Positions 25,936 through 41,111 are shown, counted from the first letter of the stretch. The stretch: 64,000 nucleotides of DNA from Tubulanus polymorphus (GCF_964204645.1 NC_134027.1:26374560-26438559), one strand, 5' to 3'. Notes: generated by a model from the letters alone, not told the origin. Made by a program: numbers and translations.

Positions 25936-28424
25936 AGCGATAGAGTTAACGCGGCTTATGAAAAAACGAGTTGCGATTCGTGCGACAAAGAAATGTACAA
26001 TTCGAGTAGACCAAATTAAGCGGTGTATTGTGAAAACTGAAGACAATAGCGACGTATCGCTGCAGGCGTGAAGCGTATCTTCACTGCTAGCGGCTTTATC
26101 AGTCCTCTGATGAGGTGTCTGCTATGTCCGGTATCTGTAGCCTCCGGTCAAACTAGTCGCTGTTCGAATGCGATATGAAATCAACCAGAAAAGTATTCGA
26201 TTTTTTTTGCGTCAGGTATAAAATCGCCGACGGCTCTCGAAACATTTGGACATTACGTATCCGAAAGCGTCCTGTAAAATCGACGTCGACGACAAAAGCC
26301 GAGTTCCATTTATTCGCGGCTGAGCTGGAAAAAAATAATTACCGGAGGTTGTAGCCCGAGGCCGTGGTCACCCTACAGGACACAGCGGTATAACAGTCAT
26401 CAGCGAATATCATCAAATTTGACGTAATTTCTCAGGGGCTGCTGATAATGGAGAACACTGTGAAATAACTGGACAGCACAAAGTCAACATCGCGCCTCAT
26501 TTAACAACAGTCATTACAGTCTGCGCGTTATAATGGGGTCAATTCATTAAGTTGCTGAAAGTGGTGTAAGGAGTGCACGGTCTGGATGTCCATTTAGCCG
26601 TGGGATCACCGGTGTAGGGTTTATCAATCATTTTGTTAGAGTTCTTTCACGCATGAGATCCCGCTGACCACGTATAGGAGGTAACCTGGACATCAACTCG
26701 CCGGAAGAGACATCTGTCTTGTATCAGGAGGCGACGTATTACAGCAATAAACCGGTCCATTCAGCTGTGAACTAGTAGAATTCTACCCGATATCCCTAGA
26801 GTCGTGCGGTGTGGTTACTAAACCATATCAATAGTTTCCATCTTTGAATACTCGATCGGTTTGCTCTATCCCTCGCCCGGCAATGTCGTAGACAAACACT
26901 GTCCGGGCATCTGTTTTACATCTGGCTCGAAACGCACGTCGAATAACAGCAGTGTTTGTCGTGTCGTGTTAAAGGTCTCCGGGCTTCAAGCCGTCGCAGT
27001 CAGCTGACTATAATTAGTAATAATACACATTTTGCGCGATTGTAGGCTTTGTATTTCAACATTGAAAACAACGTTTTCTACCTCAGAGGCGACGGCGATT
27101 TACCACTCAAAATACCTCGCGTATATATGACAAAATCACAATACTGACGAACAAACAATTGGAAAATCATGTTGCAATGACGTTTAGGAAAGAACATCAT
27201 CAGAGATCTAACGAGAATGAGAAGACAGTAACTGTACATAGAAACTTGTTACGTACATGTTTGTACATTTCTATGTACAGTAAGTACAACTAAGTCTCTT
27301 ATTCATTTTAAATAGATTATTGCAGATTCTTCGATATGATTGTGGGTTTTTGTTTATATATGACATGACTGAGACGGATTTGGGAAAATTGGGAGGCCGG
27401 GGTCCAAAAGAAATGGAAAAGGGCATTTTTCAGATGAAGCCGCCATCTCATATAGGCTATTATTAGGATCCTGCAATCGCTAATACATGTTTGTGATAAA
27501 ATACGTCCGAAAATATGCAATTTCCAAAAAAAATGAGTGTCAAATAATACAAAGGCAACCTCAATGGGATGGCAGAGTCCGGACCTCGAGACTAACGATC
27601 GACTGTACTACGGCACGTTGTGTACCACTTTGGAAAATAAGTAGTGATTAGCCTTTAAAAGATGACGTGACCTAACGTTTTAATTAACGTCTGGAAATAA
27701 TATGCGACGTCTGTTTCGCCGCTTCGCTCTTTTCTCGCAATTCGAATTTCGATAGAAATGAGTCGATTCCATTAAACTCGTATTGACAAAGGAAACTTCA
27801 ACGATCACAGGTCACGCTATCTACGTTTTTATCGTTCGTTCGGAGAACGTACTAATTACGAGGAACAGGAGATGAAACCCATCCGTGAAACTGAACTAAC
27901 CCACGTTCCGCGACGCGAAATTGGCGCAATTTACAACCGACTTTTGAAACTAAGGGCTTATTTTGCATGGCACACAATTCAATCAACGTTCGTCTTGTTT
28001 ATCTGTTCAACGAACCAAAGTTCGCGTAATAACAATGAGACGAAATAACAACGATGATTAGAAAGCTAACATTTTCTCTAAAACCGAAGCGATAACTAGA
28101 GCACGATTGAAATAGTCGCCGTCGATATTCAAATAACGTTAATGCACCGGCGAGCTGAGAAACATCAAAACTCGCTGCAGTGTCTAATCTTCTGAAGCCT
28201 TCAATTAGTTTTTAAACTTAACGCGTGGGTTATTACAGATTAGAATAGAATTTGAGCTCGAGATGAAGATTGTTATCGCTTTCGGAGAGAAATCTACCTA
28301 AAACAAGAACGGCTCCCGAGGGTGGGAAGATTTTTATCGCTATCATTACCTAAAAGAAATTTACCTTACGTAGAATAAGAGCGAGAGAGTGGGATTTTAA
28401 TTAGAATTTTTCAAGGTGTTTTGT

Positions 28425-28543
28425 ACTGAACTATCAGTTATAACGAACAGATTTTCTGGTGCCCTGAAGTTCGTGGTAACGAGTTTCCAAAACGAACAGA
28501 TTTTTTGTTCTCCTGAAGTTCGTTGTAACGAGGTTCCACTGTA
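28425..28543. mobile_element. Right end of a Tc1/pogo(Tigger)-like MITE
   Basis: Duplicated aacgaacagattt...gttcgtkgtaacgag ending gaggttccactg|ta. Confidence 0.55.
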
Positions 28544-29420
28544 GCTCTACGGAATCACATCTTGAGATGGGATTTTCCCAGTATCTATCTAAACCTCACC
28601 ACACGGTCACCAGCCGGGAACGAAACAGTGGAAATCTTAACTCGCTACAACTCTGGATCTACGTAGGTACAGAGATAATTGTAAAAATATGATTGAAAAA
28701 AAAAACGGCCAGATTTTCTTGTTATTCATTGAAAGTTGTTATCAAAGAGCATCCAATCACTGCATTGGCTGCCGGTGAATATCTCGAAAACAATAGAACA
28801 AAGACTCATTTGAAGACATTTTACCGAAGAACGGAATTTCTATTCGCCGCAAATCGACGACGGTTCGCGGCGCGGTTTTTTGTTTTCTCAGAGGGACCTT
28901 TGATGCGCTATCGTTTGAGACACCGCGTCGTCGAGAACGAAAGGCTGTTCGAGCATCAACGTGTGACGGATTTTAATCAAGTATTGTTTGATATTTGTCG
29001 CTAATAACTGACCCGCTAATGACACACGTAAATTAACAACCAATCACCAGTCGTCTAGCTACAAAAACACAGAAACCTTTCATGCAGTAATCGATAATCT
29101 TCAAATCAACATCTCATCTTCTTAGGGGAAAATGCGTTAAATTAGATGTGCATTTCGAAGAGGTCTTCGAATTTGTAAACCACCTTCAACTTCTCATCAT
29201 CAAAAGAATTCGTTGAGAAATTGAACAGAAATCGAATTATAGATGTGTCAACCAACCCTAGGCGTATCCTGCAGCAATTTGAATCCGAAACGATTTCAAT
29301 TCATTGTATGAATTCTAATGAATGTTAACCGTTTAAAATAAAGTGCCGCGGAGTGCGTACAACAACCTTCCCATATGTCGTTATTTTTGCGATAGGGTAT
29401 AGTGGTCGGAAATTGACCAG

Positions 29421-29436
29421 CGCCGCCACCTGGCGG
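29421..29436 (-). promoter_or_regulatory. CTCF-like motif
   Basis: ccgccaggtggcgg matches the CCRSYAGRKGGCRS consensus; motif match only. Confidence 0.35.
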
Positions 29437-31599
29437 GTTGACCGACTGAAAAAAAAATCAATTCCTGAAACGACGTCTGGAGTTTCCACGAATGATCAAT
29501 ACTATTTTAGATCTTTCGACTGCAAAACGATATCAAGATTATAGAATTATATGAATCTTAATCTTGTATTTGAGAAAATATTCGGAAGCAAATCGTGACG
29601 CAGAAAATCTCTTTTACAATTTACGCCTGTTGTAAGATCACTCGCTTATATAGATTTAGTCAGAAATCATGGATTAATTTAATTTCTGGTCGAGTCGCTG
29701 CAAACTTTCGCTCTGTGACAAGAAAAATATTGTATACTAGATTGAGATGTCAATACCATCGAGATTAGACTGACTTCGCCTCCACGGCACACGTCTGCCA
29801 TCGCTGGTCCATTGTTATACGTGAACAGCGACACAATGAACGTTAGCGACGGTTGCGGGAACATCAAACAATTTTCCGGCAAGCGTTGTCGAATCCAATC
29901 AGCTCAAACAAGAGAGGATTATACGACCAGTTCATACCGTAACAACGACCGAAACCTTGAACTATCTCTCGTATCTCTCGTATAGAGAATACCAGAAAAA
30001 ACATGCTGATATCTCACATGGTTTTGTTCTTGTGAAGTTTAGTTTCACAGTGAGACCAGCTGAATATACAATACGCGGGCTGTAATAATAATAATAGCAC
30101 TGATAGTAATATTTGTGTTGATTTTCAACGATAGGATTCATATTGGTGGAAAGTTGATAAACCACGCGCAACTTTACCGAGTAAATTGCACAGTCCCCAT
30201 TGCTTGGTTTTAAGTTGAAAACAGATAAGTTATAAATTTGATAAATATTTCGATGATTCAACTCTTTCGGTTTTACCATTGTTGGTTTGGCCTCGTAGCA
30301 ATCGTATTCAGATGATTACTGCAAGGTTTGACCACGAGTCCATGGTTTGACACTCTAATAAATAGTGTATAGTTTAATCATGATGACTATTATTAAGTAA
30401 GTTAACTAGGCGCCCAAGGTTATGTCCTAAGAAACCTCGGAATCTGGTGGTTAAATCCGCGATCACATCGAGCACGTCTGGACTTCACATCCAACTGCGC
30501 AGACATTTTCCAGTGACGACACGATCGGTACATAATCACCAGTGTGCGGACATCATGAGAGCATTGATTCCGCAGATATAAAGAGCTTATTCGCCTTTAT
30601 TCTTATATAAGAATTAGATGATTATGAAAACCACATCAAAGATATCCACAACCACAACCAGCTGTTTGATTATTAATCCTTCCTCGCCGCTGGTCTCCGT
30701 CTATCCTTACATTCTGCCGTAATCCATTCAAATTACGTCACGTAAGTAGTTTTTAACCGCGGGTGCGAATATTTCATTACTACAAACACTGACTCTAGAG
30801 ACCACGACTCGGATCTACACAGATTATTAAGGATATCAAGAGGATTATTTCAGTATCTGTTTGGTCTTTCTTTGCGATCTATCTTCGAGTCAACCAAACT
30901 TAAAGCGCGTCATGAATAAAACTATTCGTCATATATTATGACGAATAGTTTTATAGACTATTTTGAGGAGGTTTTCGGTAAGTAAAATCCCGTGTGACGT
31001 CACCGTGAATTCAGGACTGATGACGTCACAACGGGATTCATTGATGCACGACTCTTTCTATTGATGACTGGATCGTTGTGAATTTGCTAGGTCCGGTCAA
31101 ACTCGAGTCTTGTCGCCCTGGCTAGCCTGGCCGAAGGGATCGACGACCGCATTGCCCACAACACTTGAACACGCATAATTAGGCTTAAGTTAAGTTTAGG
31201 TTTAGGTCAGGTTTTTTATTTCGTGCAAATGAAAAAAAAATAAAAATTTGAAAAAAACCTGGTCATTGATATCACCTCAGATATGGTGAAAGTATCTGGC
31301 CATGAACGAGATACTCTGATCCTTCTATGTCTCCTTCCCACAATCACCAGTTATTGAATAAATCTAATTCATTCCTCCTATTACTGTAAATAGAGCATGA
31401 GACAGTATTCAAACTGGCGACAAAGTTACCGTCAGTTGAAGAGACTGTGGAGGCTGGTTTTGTATTGTAAATTATTTGAAGCGTGAATCGACGCGATGTT
31501 TTTTCTACACTCATTTCTATTCCACGGAGACCAGTCGATCGGTCGGATGTGGCTACTCTATCAGTGGACACTGAGGAGAACAAAGCCTTTACACATCCT

Positions 31600-32238
<639 letters not shown>

Positions 32239-34609
32239 ACCATCGAATCGGTCAATAATCTGCTGACAATATAACTGACAAATACCATTAGCGTTCTGAT
32301 AACAACTGCGCTGCAATTGAAGGATATCGAAATTCTAGTTTCTTGCCTTGTTTTCTCATCGCAGGCGACACGTACGGATCTTGGGCAGTATTTGTGTATG
32401 AAATAGTTGTTTTACGTGTCTCGATAATCAAAATTGTACGATCCCTAATTCATAAGTAGTTCAGGGTGGATCTTATTCAGAGCTGGGTGCAAAGGGGGTG
32501 TGGACCCCCTGCACCCTTCATTGGATGGGACCCGCAGTCAGAAGACTGACAGAAGATCTGACCCACATTCAGATCTCGGTAACGCTTTGAGTAAAATAGC
32601 GAAATCAATCAAATCAAAATTTTCATTCATAAAACGCCTGTTTCGCCTGAACAATGTTCAGAGGTGCTGGTGAGTTTTTGAATAGTGAAGGTGTTTGTTG
32701 AGTCAAGTGGAATTGGTTCCTTGTATCGAAATATTGAAACCGTCACAGACGTCCTGAACTAGAACAATACCCAAGGCCATGTGGACACCTCTTCGCAAGC
32801 GCTAGGTCAAGGTTTATGTCGGAAATGCAAACAGGGCATACATTCTGATATTACATTTACTTCCAATAACAGGATTGTCTGGGGAATGCTCCGTGAGGTC
32901 AGCTCCGCATACTCATCCAAGTAAATCTCATTATGAGATATTTTGCCCAATAATGAAATTGGCAATTCGCATTGTGTCTATAAGAACAATCGACCACGAG
33001 ATGACAATCTAAATACCGCGACGGATGTGTCCGGCGTCGGTCCGTGTGTCCGATCAATCAAGAGCGGATCAGCGATGACGTCTCTATTCGATTATGAATA
33101 TCTTTTATTTTTAGAACAGTATAACAGTGAACAGTTTAGAATAACTGTTACATGTGTATTTTCAGACGTCTAGCGGTTCAAAACTTACGAGAAAGTGAAG
33201 CTAAAATACGGATTTGGCGACGGACGATGTTGAACGATTAACGAAATTTGTCCATCAAACCCTAAACTGCAACAAAGAATAAACTCGCTAAATCTCTGTT
33301 AACTAATACCGATTACAGCACGGAGTGACAACATGCCTGAGACGATGTCTTAGTTTTAGTTGTAGCATTTACAACCAGATAGCAGCACTGGTATCATCGG
33401 CAGACGATCAATCACTCGATATATCCACATCGATTCAATCATAGATCAATCAGATGTTCATATATTGAGTTTCATTTTTCTACGACTTGTCAGACTGTGA
33501 CCGATGCGGTTTATGTTTGATTGGTCGGATAACTATCATTAGTGGCTCGTTATACCCAACTATATAACATCATTCAATCAGTCCGTTAATCGGGAAATTG
33601 AATAAAGGCAATTTCTATTATTTGAAAAGTACAGCGACACATTTATCTATTTTCGCGAGATTTTCAAAATCAAACAATGAATTGATCGATAAAAGCTAAA
33701 TATGTGACAACATTTAGTCGGGAAAACAACAAGAACACGCAGCAAAGTACACGCAACTTGTATTTGACAGTAAACAGGTCGGTTTTGACAAAGATGACGC
33801 GGACACCACGCGGTGATACTTGAACATCGACGAGTACTCTTCATATTGTCGAGAATAATCAGCGAGAATGTGATAATGCGTATTTCAAAACGAACATCCC
33901 TTGCGGACAACTGCAGGTGTCATATTCCAATAGAGCCGGCGCGATGAAACGAAAACGCTCGAAACTATAACTATTCCCGTCTCCCGTTGATTTTCTCACC
34001 TTTTATCATTCAACATTCGGAATTATCCGCCCAACTATTGTCAAAAGGTTTCATAGAATTTAACACGATAAAAGGCTGTGAATTTACAATATCGCGATGA
34101 TATACTGTATCCAAGGGCGGGCAGAAATAAACATTATTTTGAAATCCGTCTCCGAAGCTCTCGCTCTCGTGAAAGATGATGCAAAAATGGAATTCACAGA
34201 ACTGTAATAGGAATCGAGTTGAATCAAGCTTCGCTGCGAAGTTCCAATATTGTTTAAAATAACAAAACCTTGTAAGCTATCCACCCGATAGATATGATTC
34301 ATTTTGTTACAATGTTGATTTGTTACGACGAAAGAGGCATCGCAAGTTCAGATTTCTATCTGAATTGAAATAACAATATTGTGATCTGCGTAAAGAGACT
34401 GAGCGGATTGCAGCTTGATCTACAACCTTTCAGAAGTTATATGAAAAACGAAACCGAACGACCGAAGGAGCATTTTGATATTTTGACTCTCGTAGCCATC
34501 ATTATTCTTTTAGTCTACAAAAGATATCAAATCATTGAACATTTCAAAGGTTTTTCGAATCGAAATATGAGCTAATCCCGACACATTGTAGGGAATTTAT
34601 CCACCTCAA

Positions 34610-34785
34610 TATACCGACCACCAGGTGCTGCCGCTATACCCATCGCTAGCGGGATTTCCGTGCACTAATATGAACCGACTATTGCAATCAGCACCTCCAG
34701 CAGTACGTTGATTGTCAGAGTAAGTTCATGTTAGTTTGTGGAAATTCCGTTAACGATGAGCATAGCGGCAGCACCTCACGGTATA
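34610..34785. mobile_element. Fold-back (palindromic) MITE
   Basis: tataccg...cggtata ends; ~53-bp imperfect arms starting aggtgctgccgctat / atagcggcagcacct. Confidence 0.7.
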
Positions 34786-37343
34786 CTAAAAACTGGTAAC
34801 GCGTATCTGTACTCATCGCGGTGATACACACAGATCTGATGGAGAAATATAAGTTTACAACATTTTCCAAAGACGACGGAACAGAGTATGAAAAATTTTA
34901 AAAAGTTAGATAATCATGTCGGTTCTGTGACCTTGAGAGAAACTTTCTGTGCGATTGAATATTTTTGTAAAATAATGTTTTGGTTAAAACTAGAACTGCG
35001 ATAAACTCTTACCTTGATAATCGTGTAATTCACCATCATGATCAGAAATTGAATCTCATAATAAAATTGCTAATCCAAATTAAGATAATCGCTGTGCTTT
35101 CAACCAGAAAATCACAACTGCGTCTGCTAAGTAACAACGTGATGAACAGTTAGGTAATGACACCCGAATTACGCTTTACGCCCCTATGACTGATCGCTGA
35201 TCTACATCAGTGAAATACCGCTCACAGCAGGACGTTACAAACCTATAGGAGACCGTATCATCTGTTGCCTTCTAGCTAATAGAAATGGCCAACTGGTGCC
35301 CGTAGCCTGAAGGGGCCTCCTGCTGTGCGCCGATCTTTCTTGGTCAGTCATCGAACTCGACAGGTGTATTGCGACATGCGCTGAATTGGACTCTTATTTC
35401 AGTTTAAATAGGATAAAATTACGTTGATTTCTACACGAATGATATTTATTCTAGTTAATGTAATAAATGAATATCGATATTCCGCAGAAATTGAAAGGTA
35501 AACCATCTAAATTTAAATGAAGCCATCATGGTTACAAGGGATGCTCTATTTTGTCAAGGACACGTGGTAATGGAATCACTAATTTCTAGAAATTAGATAA
35601 AGTTCAACAAGTAGGTTATCTTGATACTTTTTCAGCTTTCTGACAAAGTTCCTGGGATAGCCGCGATGGACCCCACAGTTGTGATTTAGAGTTAACCAGG
35701 GGGCCAGTTCTATAGTTAGAGTAACGTATAGTCAGAGATGCATTTTCAAATATTCAAATTTCAACTCACTTAGTGTGGAACTGGGTCCTGGGCGTTAGAG
35801 ACGCCGTGTGAACTTGTCACCTAGAAAATCGACAAAGGGAAACGTGGCACAGTTTGAATAAAGGATTCATCTTTTGAATCTGATAAATATATTCATATAT
35901 GGAATTAGTGTGTACATTTTACTATTGAGTGCCTCACGTAAACACAACTGACAAGACGGATCAAACACTGACTACAACGCGTGTGGACCTCAACCTCTGT
36001 CACACGAGCGACAATAGGTGGGATGACCAATTCGCATTACATCATATCTATATTTAGACTGGCGTCACGTGTATAGGCAAAGGTTCTTTGAATGATTCAC
36101 GAAGTCACGTGCTCATTTCGACCGTTTAGATACCTTTGAATTACAAATCTATTTTGAAAAGTTGAAGTCTCAGATGATTAACCGTCGGACGGTTACCGTG
36201 TAGTGATAATGTTCATCCAACTTTTGAACAATTTGGTTTTCAAATTATCGCGCAGATGCGATATACAAATAGAAAAATAGAAAAAGTTATTGAATTATTA
36301 TATAAATTCTGTTCATAGAAGTAAAAATCTAACATCTTTCAGTTTCACTCAAAGTTTTGGTTTATTTGCTGTTGATTACTTCATGTTTTCAATGAGGACA
36401 ACAATTCAAACTTAGTCTTCAAAACTTTTTCATGAAACTGCCCCCACAATAGACAACGAAGACCTTTCGTGGATGTGCAGCTTTGAGAAGATATGAAATT
36501 ATGTATTGTTTGAGATGTATAGATGCAGTGTGAGTATATTAGCTCAGCTGGATGGATGAATATTATTCTAATAAGCCATCTTTATTCACGGACCTTTTAT
36601 TTCATTAACTAAAAAAGGCTGCATGCACGACGTCGGCGCGGTTGTGTTCGGTCTTGTCCGCCGTAATTAACCACTATTCACGGTTTATTTTGCCAGTAAA
36701 TGGAGGCACAATCGAAGCAGCAATCTGCTCAACCTAGCGCGGTAATTCCTGTAAACCTGCCCTCTAAACCACCGCTCATGACTGGTCATACAGAATACGG
36801 ATTAACTAAAGGATTCTCACATTAATTTGTGTCTACAAAATTTCACTTCAGTAAACGATGATGGATACGATGTTTTACACTATTACAACCATAACCTTTG
36901 ATGCAACACTCTGTGAGTCCATGCTTCTATCTTATGTCGGTAAAATGAACATTCTACTTAGTAACAGCCGTGTCACAAGTAGTGTTTGCTGATTTATATC
37001 AGCTGCGATAAAATTTCGCAACTCCTAATTTTATCCACTTAGAATTTAAAGTTTAAAAGTTTAAAACTGAAACATGGAATTAGTTGTATGTCACATGTTT
37101 GTTGTGTAACTTGTAACTACCTGATGTGCCTTATGCTAAGGCTGGCTTGTTTATATACGAGATGACACTTAAATAAAGATATAACCATAATGTACAATTC
37201 TAAAACGAATTTGAAATGTAAGTTTTCCTGAAGATGACTAGGATTAGGAAAGGACTACACCCTAGATTACTAGTGTTGTCACGCAAATCGTATTGCTTAT
37301 TAGTCTCGTATTAGTTTTTTTCATAATTTTGTTATAACCTAAA

Positions 37344-37475
37344 TATTCCTGGAGATGACTATTAGGATATAGTCGAAATGTTGGAATAAACTACCAGCTC
37401 AAGGAATACAGTATTCCTGGAGATGATCATTGGGAAATAGTCGAAATGTTGAAATAACTATTAGCTCAAGGAGAT
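37344..37475 (+). ncRNA. Tandem dimer of hammerhead motifs (68-nt period, CUGGAGA core variant)
   Basis: tattc-ctggaga-tgact attaggatat agtc-gaaa-tg-tt-ggaata, then a second copy with GAAA at 37443. Confidence 0.6.
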
Positions 37476-37954
37476 ATTTCTTACTCGATTGTTTCAATCT
37501 TACAATAGAATTTTGTATTATCAATATAACCACGTCTCTATGAAATATCCGCCACGGAAATAACGAGATATTTTGAATATCGAGAGAGACGTGTATTTCG
37601 TCGCCTCTCAATGATGAATTACTAAACTGACATTTAACGGTTTACTCCGTCTGCGCTTGACTCAGTTTTATGTTGTCGCCCACTGCGAAAGTGTCGTTAC
37701 CAGACAAACGTAGTCTATTACGTGATAATTAACGGTGAATTATCGACGAATAGAGGCAGGCGACCATCGCGCTGAGCAGCGATCTATTCATAGAAAACGA
37801 TTCATCAAGACGGTCGTGAAAATTCTCAGCAGAATTCGCTTAGTTTTCAACTTTTTATGTTGTATATGATACCTTTAGTTTGTTTCACTTCTGATATTAC
37901 TGTCTCTTTATTCTGGGCTGTATATTCATCACATAATTATGCTGTAACTTACGA

Positions 37955-38052
37955 ATTCCTGAAGATGACTATAAGGATACAGTTGAAATGTCGAATAAAT
38001 TACTAGCTCAAAGAAACCTTCCGACTTTATTTTCATTCTTAGTGTAGGATTT
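37955..38052 (+). ncRNA. Single hammerhead motif plus 3' tail
   Basis: attc-CTGAAGA-tgact ataaggatac agtt-GAAA-tg-tc-gaat. Confidence 0.65.
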
Positions 38053-38769
38053 CACATTATCGTTGAGGAAAGTTTCGTCAAGATTATGAATATGCATTCG
38101 TAAACTGTTCATCAATTAGATGGTAAATCTGTGATTAAAAAAAATATTTCGATCTAATTGACTCATTCAGCCTGCGTAGATATATGAGATGTATGGGATG
38201 ATTTTTTCTTCTGCCGAAGCCTTAAGTCACTAGATAGAAAAGACAATAATCATATTTCAAAAGAACATTCACTCTATGCTTGTTTAGGACCGGGAGGCGT
38301 GTACGGAGCTGGTATGTATTGATATCGTGAGGGGGGTCATCCTCTGGGCCTGTTGTGACGGTAGTTATGAATTATTAATGGATTATAATGATAGTTATTA
38401 CGGCGCGAAAGCAACGAACAGCAGGCTTTAATAATAACGTTCTTTGGCCGGCGATTTTACGCTAAATAAAGTCGGTCAAATTCGCGTTTATCGAGACACA
38501 GATGTCGTTTCTACATCGCTGGACAAAGTAATGTGAGATTTTTTATGAGATACGCGACCGACAGCGACCGCGGGATGTTCGACATCAACAGAGAAAGTTT
38601 TCAATATTTCATTGTTTACTAAAACATCAAAGACTCCGCGATCTCCACCTTATCAATCTGAGACACCACTACTAGCTCCCCCTACAGCTAGATAAACCTG
38701 ATAACATACGTAGAATCGGGTGATAGAGATTTGGATTTAGCTTTCTCGGTTCTATATTTTCAAATGAAC

Positions 38770-39015
38770 TCAGAGATTCGTAAATACATCGTAACTATTG
38801 ATGAAACACTGTGTTGTGAAAAATAGATTCTTCTTTTTAGTTAGCACTGTTTCTGTGGTGTTTATTACCCATAGCATGCATCACATCTTATTACTTAACA
38901 AGTTGTCCTGTTCTGGAATAATATATATTTCCATACGCTATTCCATCGTCTCCAGCTTAGACTGTCATCTGGTAAATGTTTGTAAAATCATTTTCTCATT
39001 TGACCAGTTCGAGTG
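38770..39015 (-). pseudogene. Possible highly decayed CR1-type LINE 3' fragment
   Basis: Fragmentary resemblance to CR1 ORF2 C-terminal motifs (LE..Q, RR.YFS); judged by eye. Confidence 0.3.
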
Positions 39016-39024
39016 AAAATAATT

Positions 39025-39056
39025 ATATATTATTACTATATATATATATATATTAT

Positions 39057-39120
<64 letters not shown>
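39025..39120. repeat. (TA)n microsatellite
   Basis: Directly visible. Confidence 0.97.
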
Positions 39121-39122
<2 letters not shown>

Positions 39123-40208
39123 CACAATCTTGGCTTTTATGATTTCAGTCGAAACTTTGAATAAATTACTAGCTCAGAGATACATTTCTGACTTCATTTG
39201 TTCATTCTTGTGTGGGATTTGATTTCACACCATGAACAGATCTTTAACAGCCACAGTTTGACACATTTGTCGTTGTTGGTGGTAACATGTTGATGATACA
39301 TGCTGTGAATGTGGGCGATTTCTGTCCATTCAATAATCATTGTCTCCTAATCATCTGTTTATATATAGAACTAATTAGATCGAATTTATATTAACGACCT
39401 CCTGGGTGAATGACATTCTTTTAGAAAAAAATGAGAATGTCACACATCTGCCGTAACATATATAAGAACATTGATATTTGCGATGAGTTTAATCATCGAA
39501 AACTAACTACAACTCAAACTTTAACTCTGGCTCACAACTGTTCGGTGGAACTGGATCCACGATAATCTGGTTGATGAAGTAGGGATCTGAAATGCGGGCG
39601 TGGACCAGGTCAATGCAGCGGCTATTCTCGAGGTTAGATACGGGACGTATCAGGATCAGGGAATTCGGGTGCGACAGTTATGACTCACACATATTTACGG
39701 TTGAGGCAATCATATTGCCTTGTTACCGGTGATGGTAAACAAATAGTCATTTTACACTTCAAAGGATCAGCGATTAATAATTAACAGCATCAATGTTGTT
39801 ATAACCAATCAAAACAGTCGAGTAGCACGGCGCTGTGGTTAGTACATCCGGGGAATCATTAATGTAAACAATAGTCTTCATTCGCGTGCATCTCACACAC
39901 TTTAAGCAGTTACACTTTGGTTTGAGTAAGTTCAGGGTTTGTCTGCAGATTTTTCAATCAGCCTGACATACCCTCTGAGCTACACTAAACCTTACCCCGC
40001 CCTCAACCCGGACTACCCTAAACACTAACGTTCAGCCTAAAGCATATGAGATGGCAACCTTGGTTTGCGTAAAGGTCCCATCTCATATACCTGAATCATT
40101 TTACACGACTTTGGACCTTCACACAAGCCATGAAAACGAGATGTCCACGCGCAAAGCAAGGTTGTCACCACACAGACCTCAGAACACTTTCTCAAAGATA
40201 CATTTCTC

Positions 40209-40483
40209 GGGTTTAGGGTATGTCAGGCTCTTGGGTTTAGGGTATGTCGGGCTGTAGGGTTTAGGGTATGTCGGGCTGTAGGGTTTAGGGTATGTCGGGC
40301 TGTAGGGTTTAGGGTATGTCGGGTTGTTGGGTTTTGAGTATGTCGGGCTGTCGGGTTTAGGCTATGTCGGGCTGTTGGGTTTAGGGTATGTCGGGCTGTT
40401 GGGTTTAGGGTATGTCGGGCTGTTGGGTTTAGGGTATGTCGGGCTGTCGGGTTTAGGGTATGTCGGGCTGTTGGGTTTAGGGG
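40209..40483. repeat. 24-bp G-rich minisatellite (gggtttagggtatgtcgggctgtt), ~11.5 copies
   Basis: Direct tandem copies; they give the LGLGYVGL ORF. Confidence 0.95.
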
Positions 40484-41111
40484 TGGTCAGCTGTGGAGTA
40501 ATGTTTATCATGGTAGTTCAGGGTGTCATGGGCTGATTGATTGATCAGCTGACGTCCAGAGATCTCATCATATCGGTAAAATCTGTTTAAATTTCTCTTG
40601 ATCGATTTATTGAAATAAACGTCATAAGCTCTTGTCGTCAATGACAGCAGGTTGAACGCTGATTGACTCAAGACCTTTTTCATTTTCAGAAATTCGTATG
40701 TTATTAAATTTGGCGCTGGTGAATCATTGTCATTCTAGTGACTCAGTAACAATACACGCCGTCACTGCGCGACAATCAGACCAATTGTTCCCGCATAACG
40801 ACGCAACTCAACTCTCTCAGTCGCCTCCACCGCCGTTCGTACAAAAACCCGAACATTACCACGATAATTCGATAAATTTCGCGCGCACTGCCGCCGCGGT
40901 TCGCGATGATATAGAATCCGTTCAATGATGCAAGAAGAATGATATTTCACTGATAGAAATATCAAATCTTATCAAGTCGCCCTGAAATTTCGTAGTCAGA
41001 ACGAAATGCTGCGGCGAGAAGAATGACATATTGAAACCTCATCGAGCCATATGAGAATCACGTTATAGATTTAATAGATTTATAGATTAGGTATTCAACT
41101 GTCTTGAAAAT

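Noticed and set aside
29679-29882. ORF containing FIVS...NNGPA, resembling the missing PDZ exon
   Set aside because: No suitable splice sites and the rest does not fit a PDZ domain
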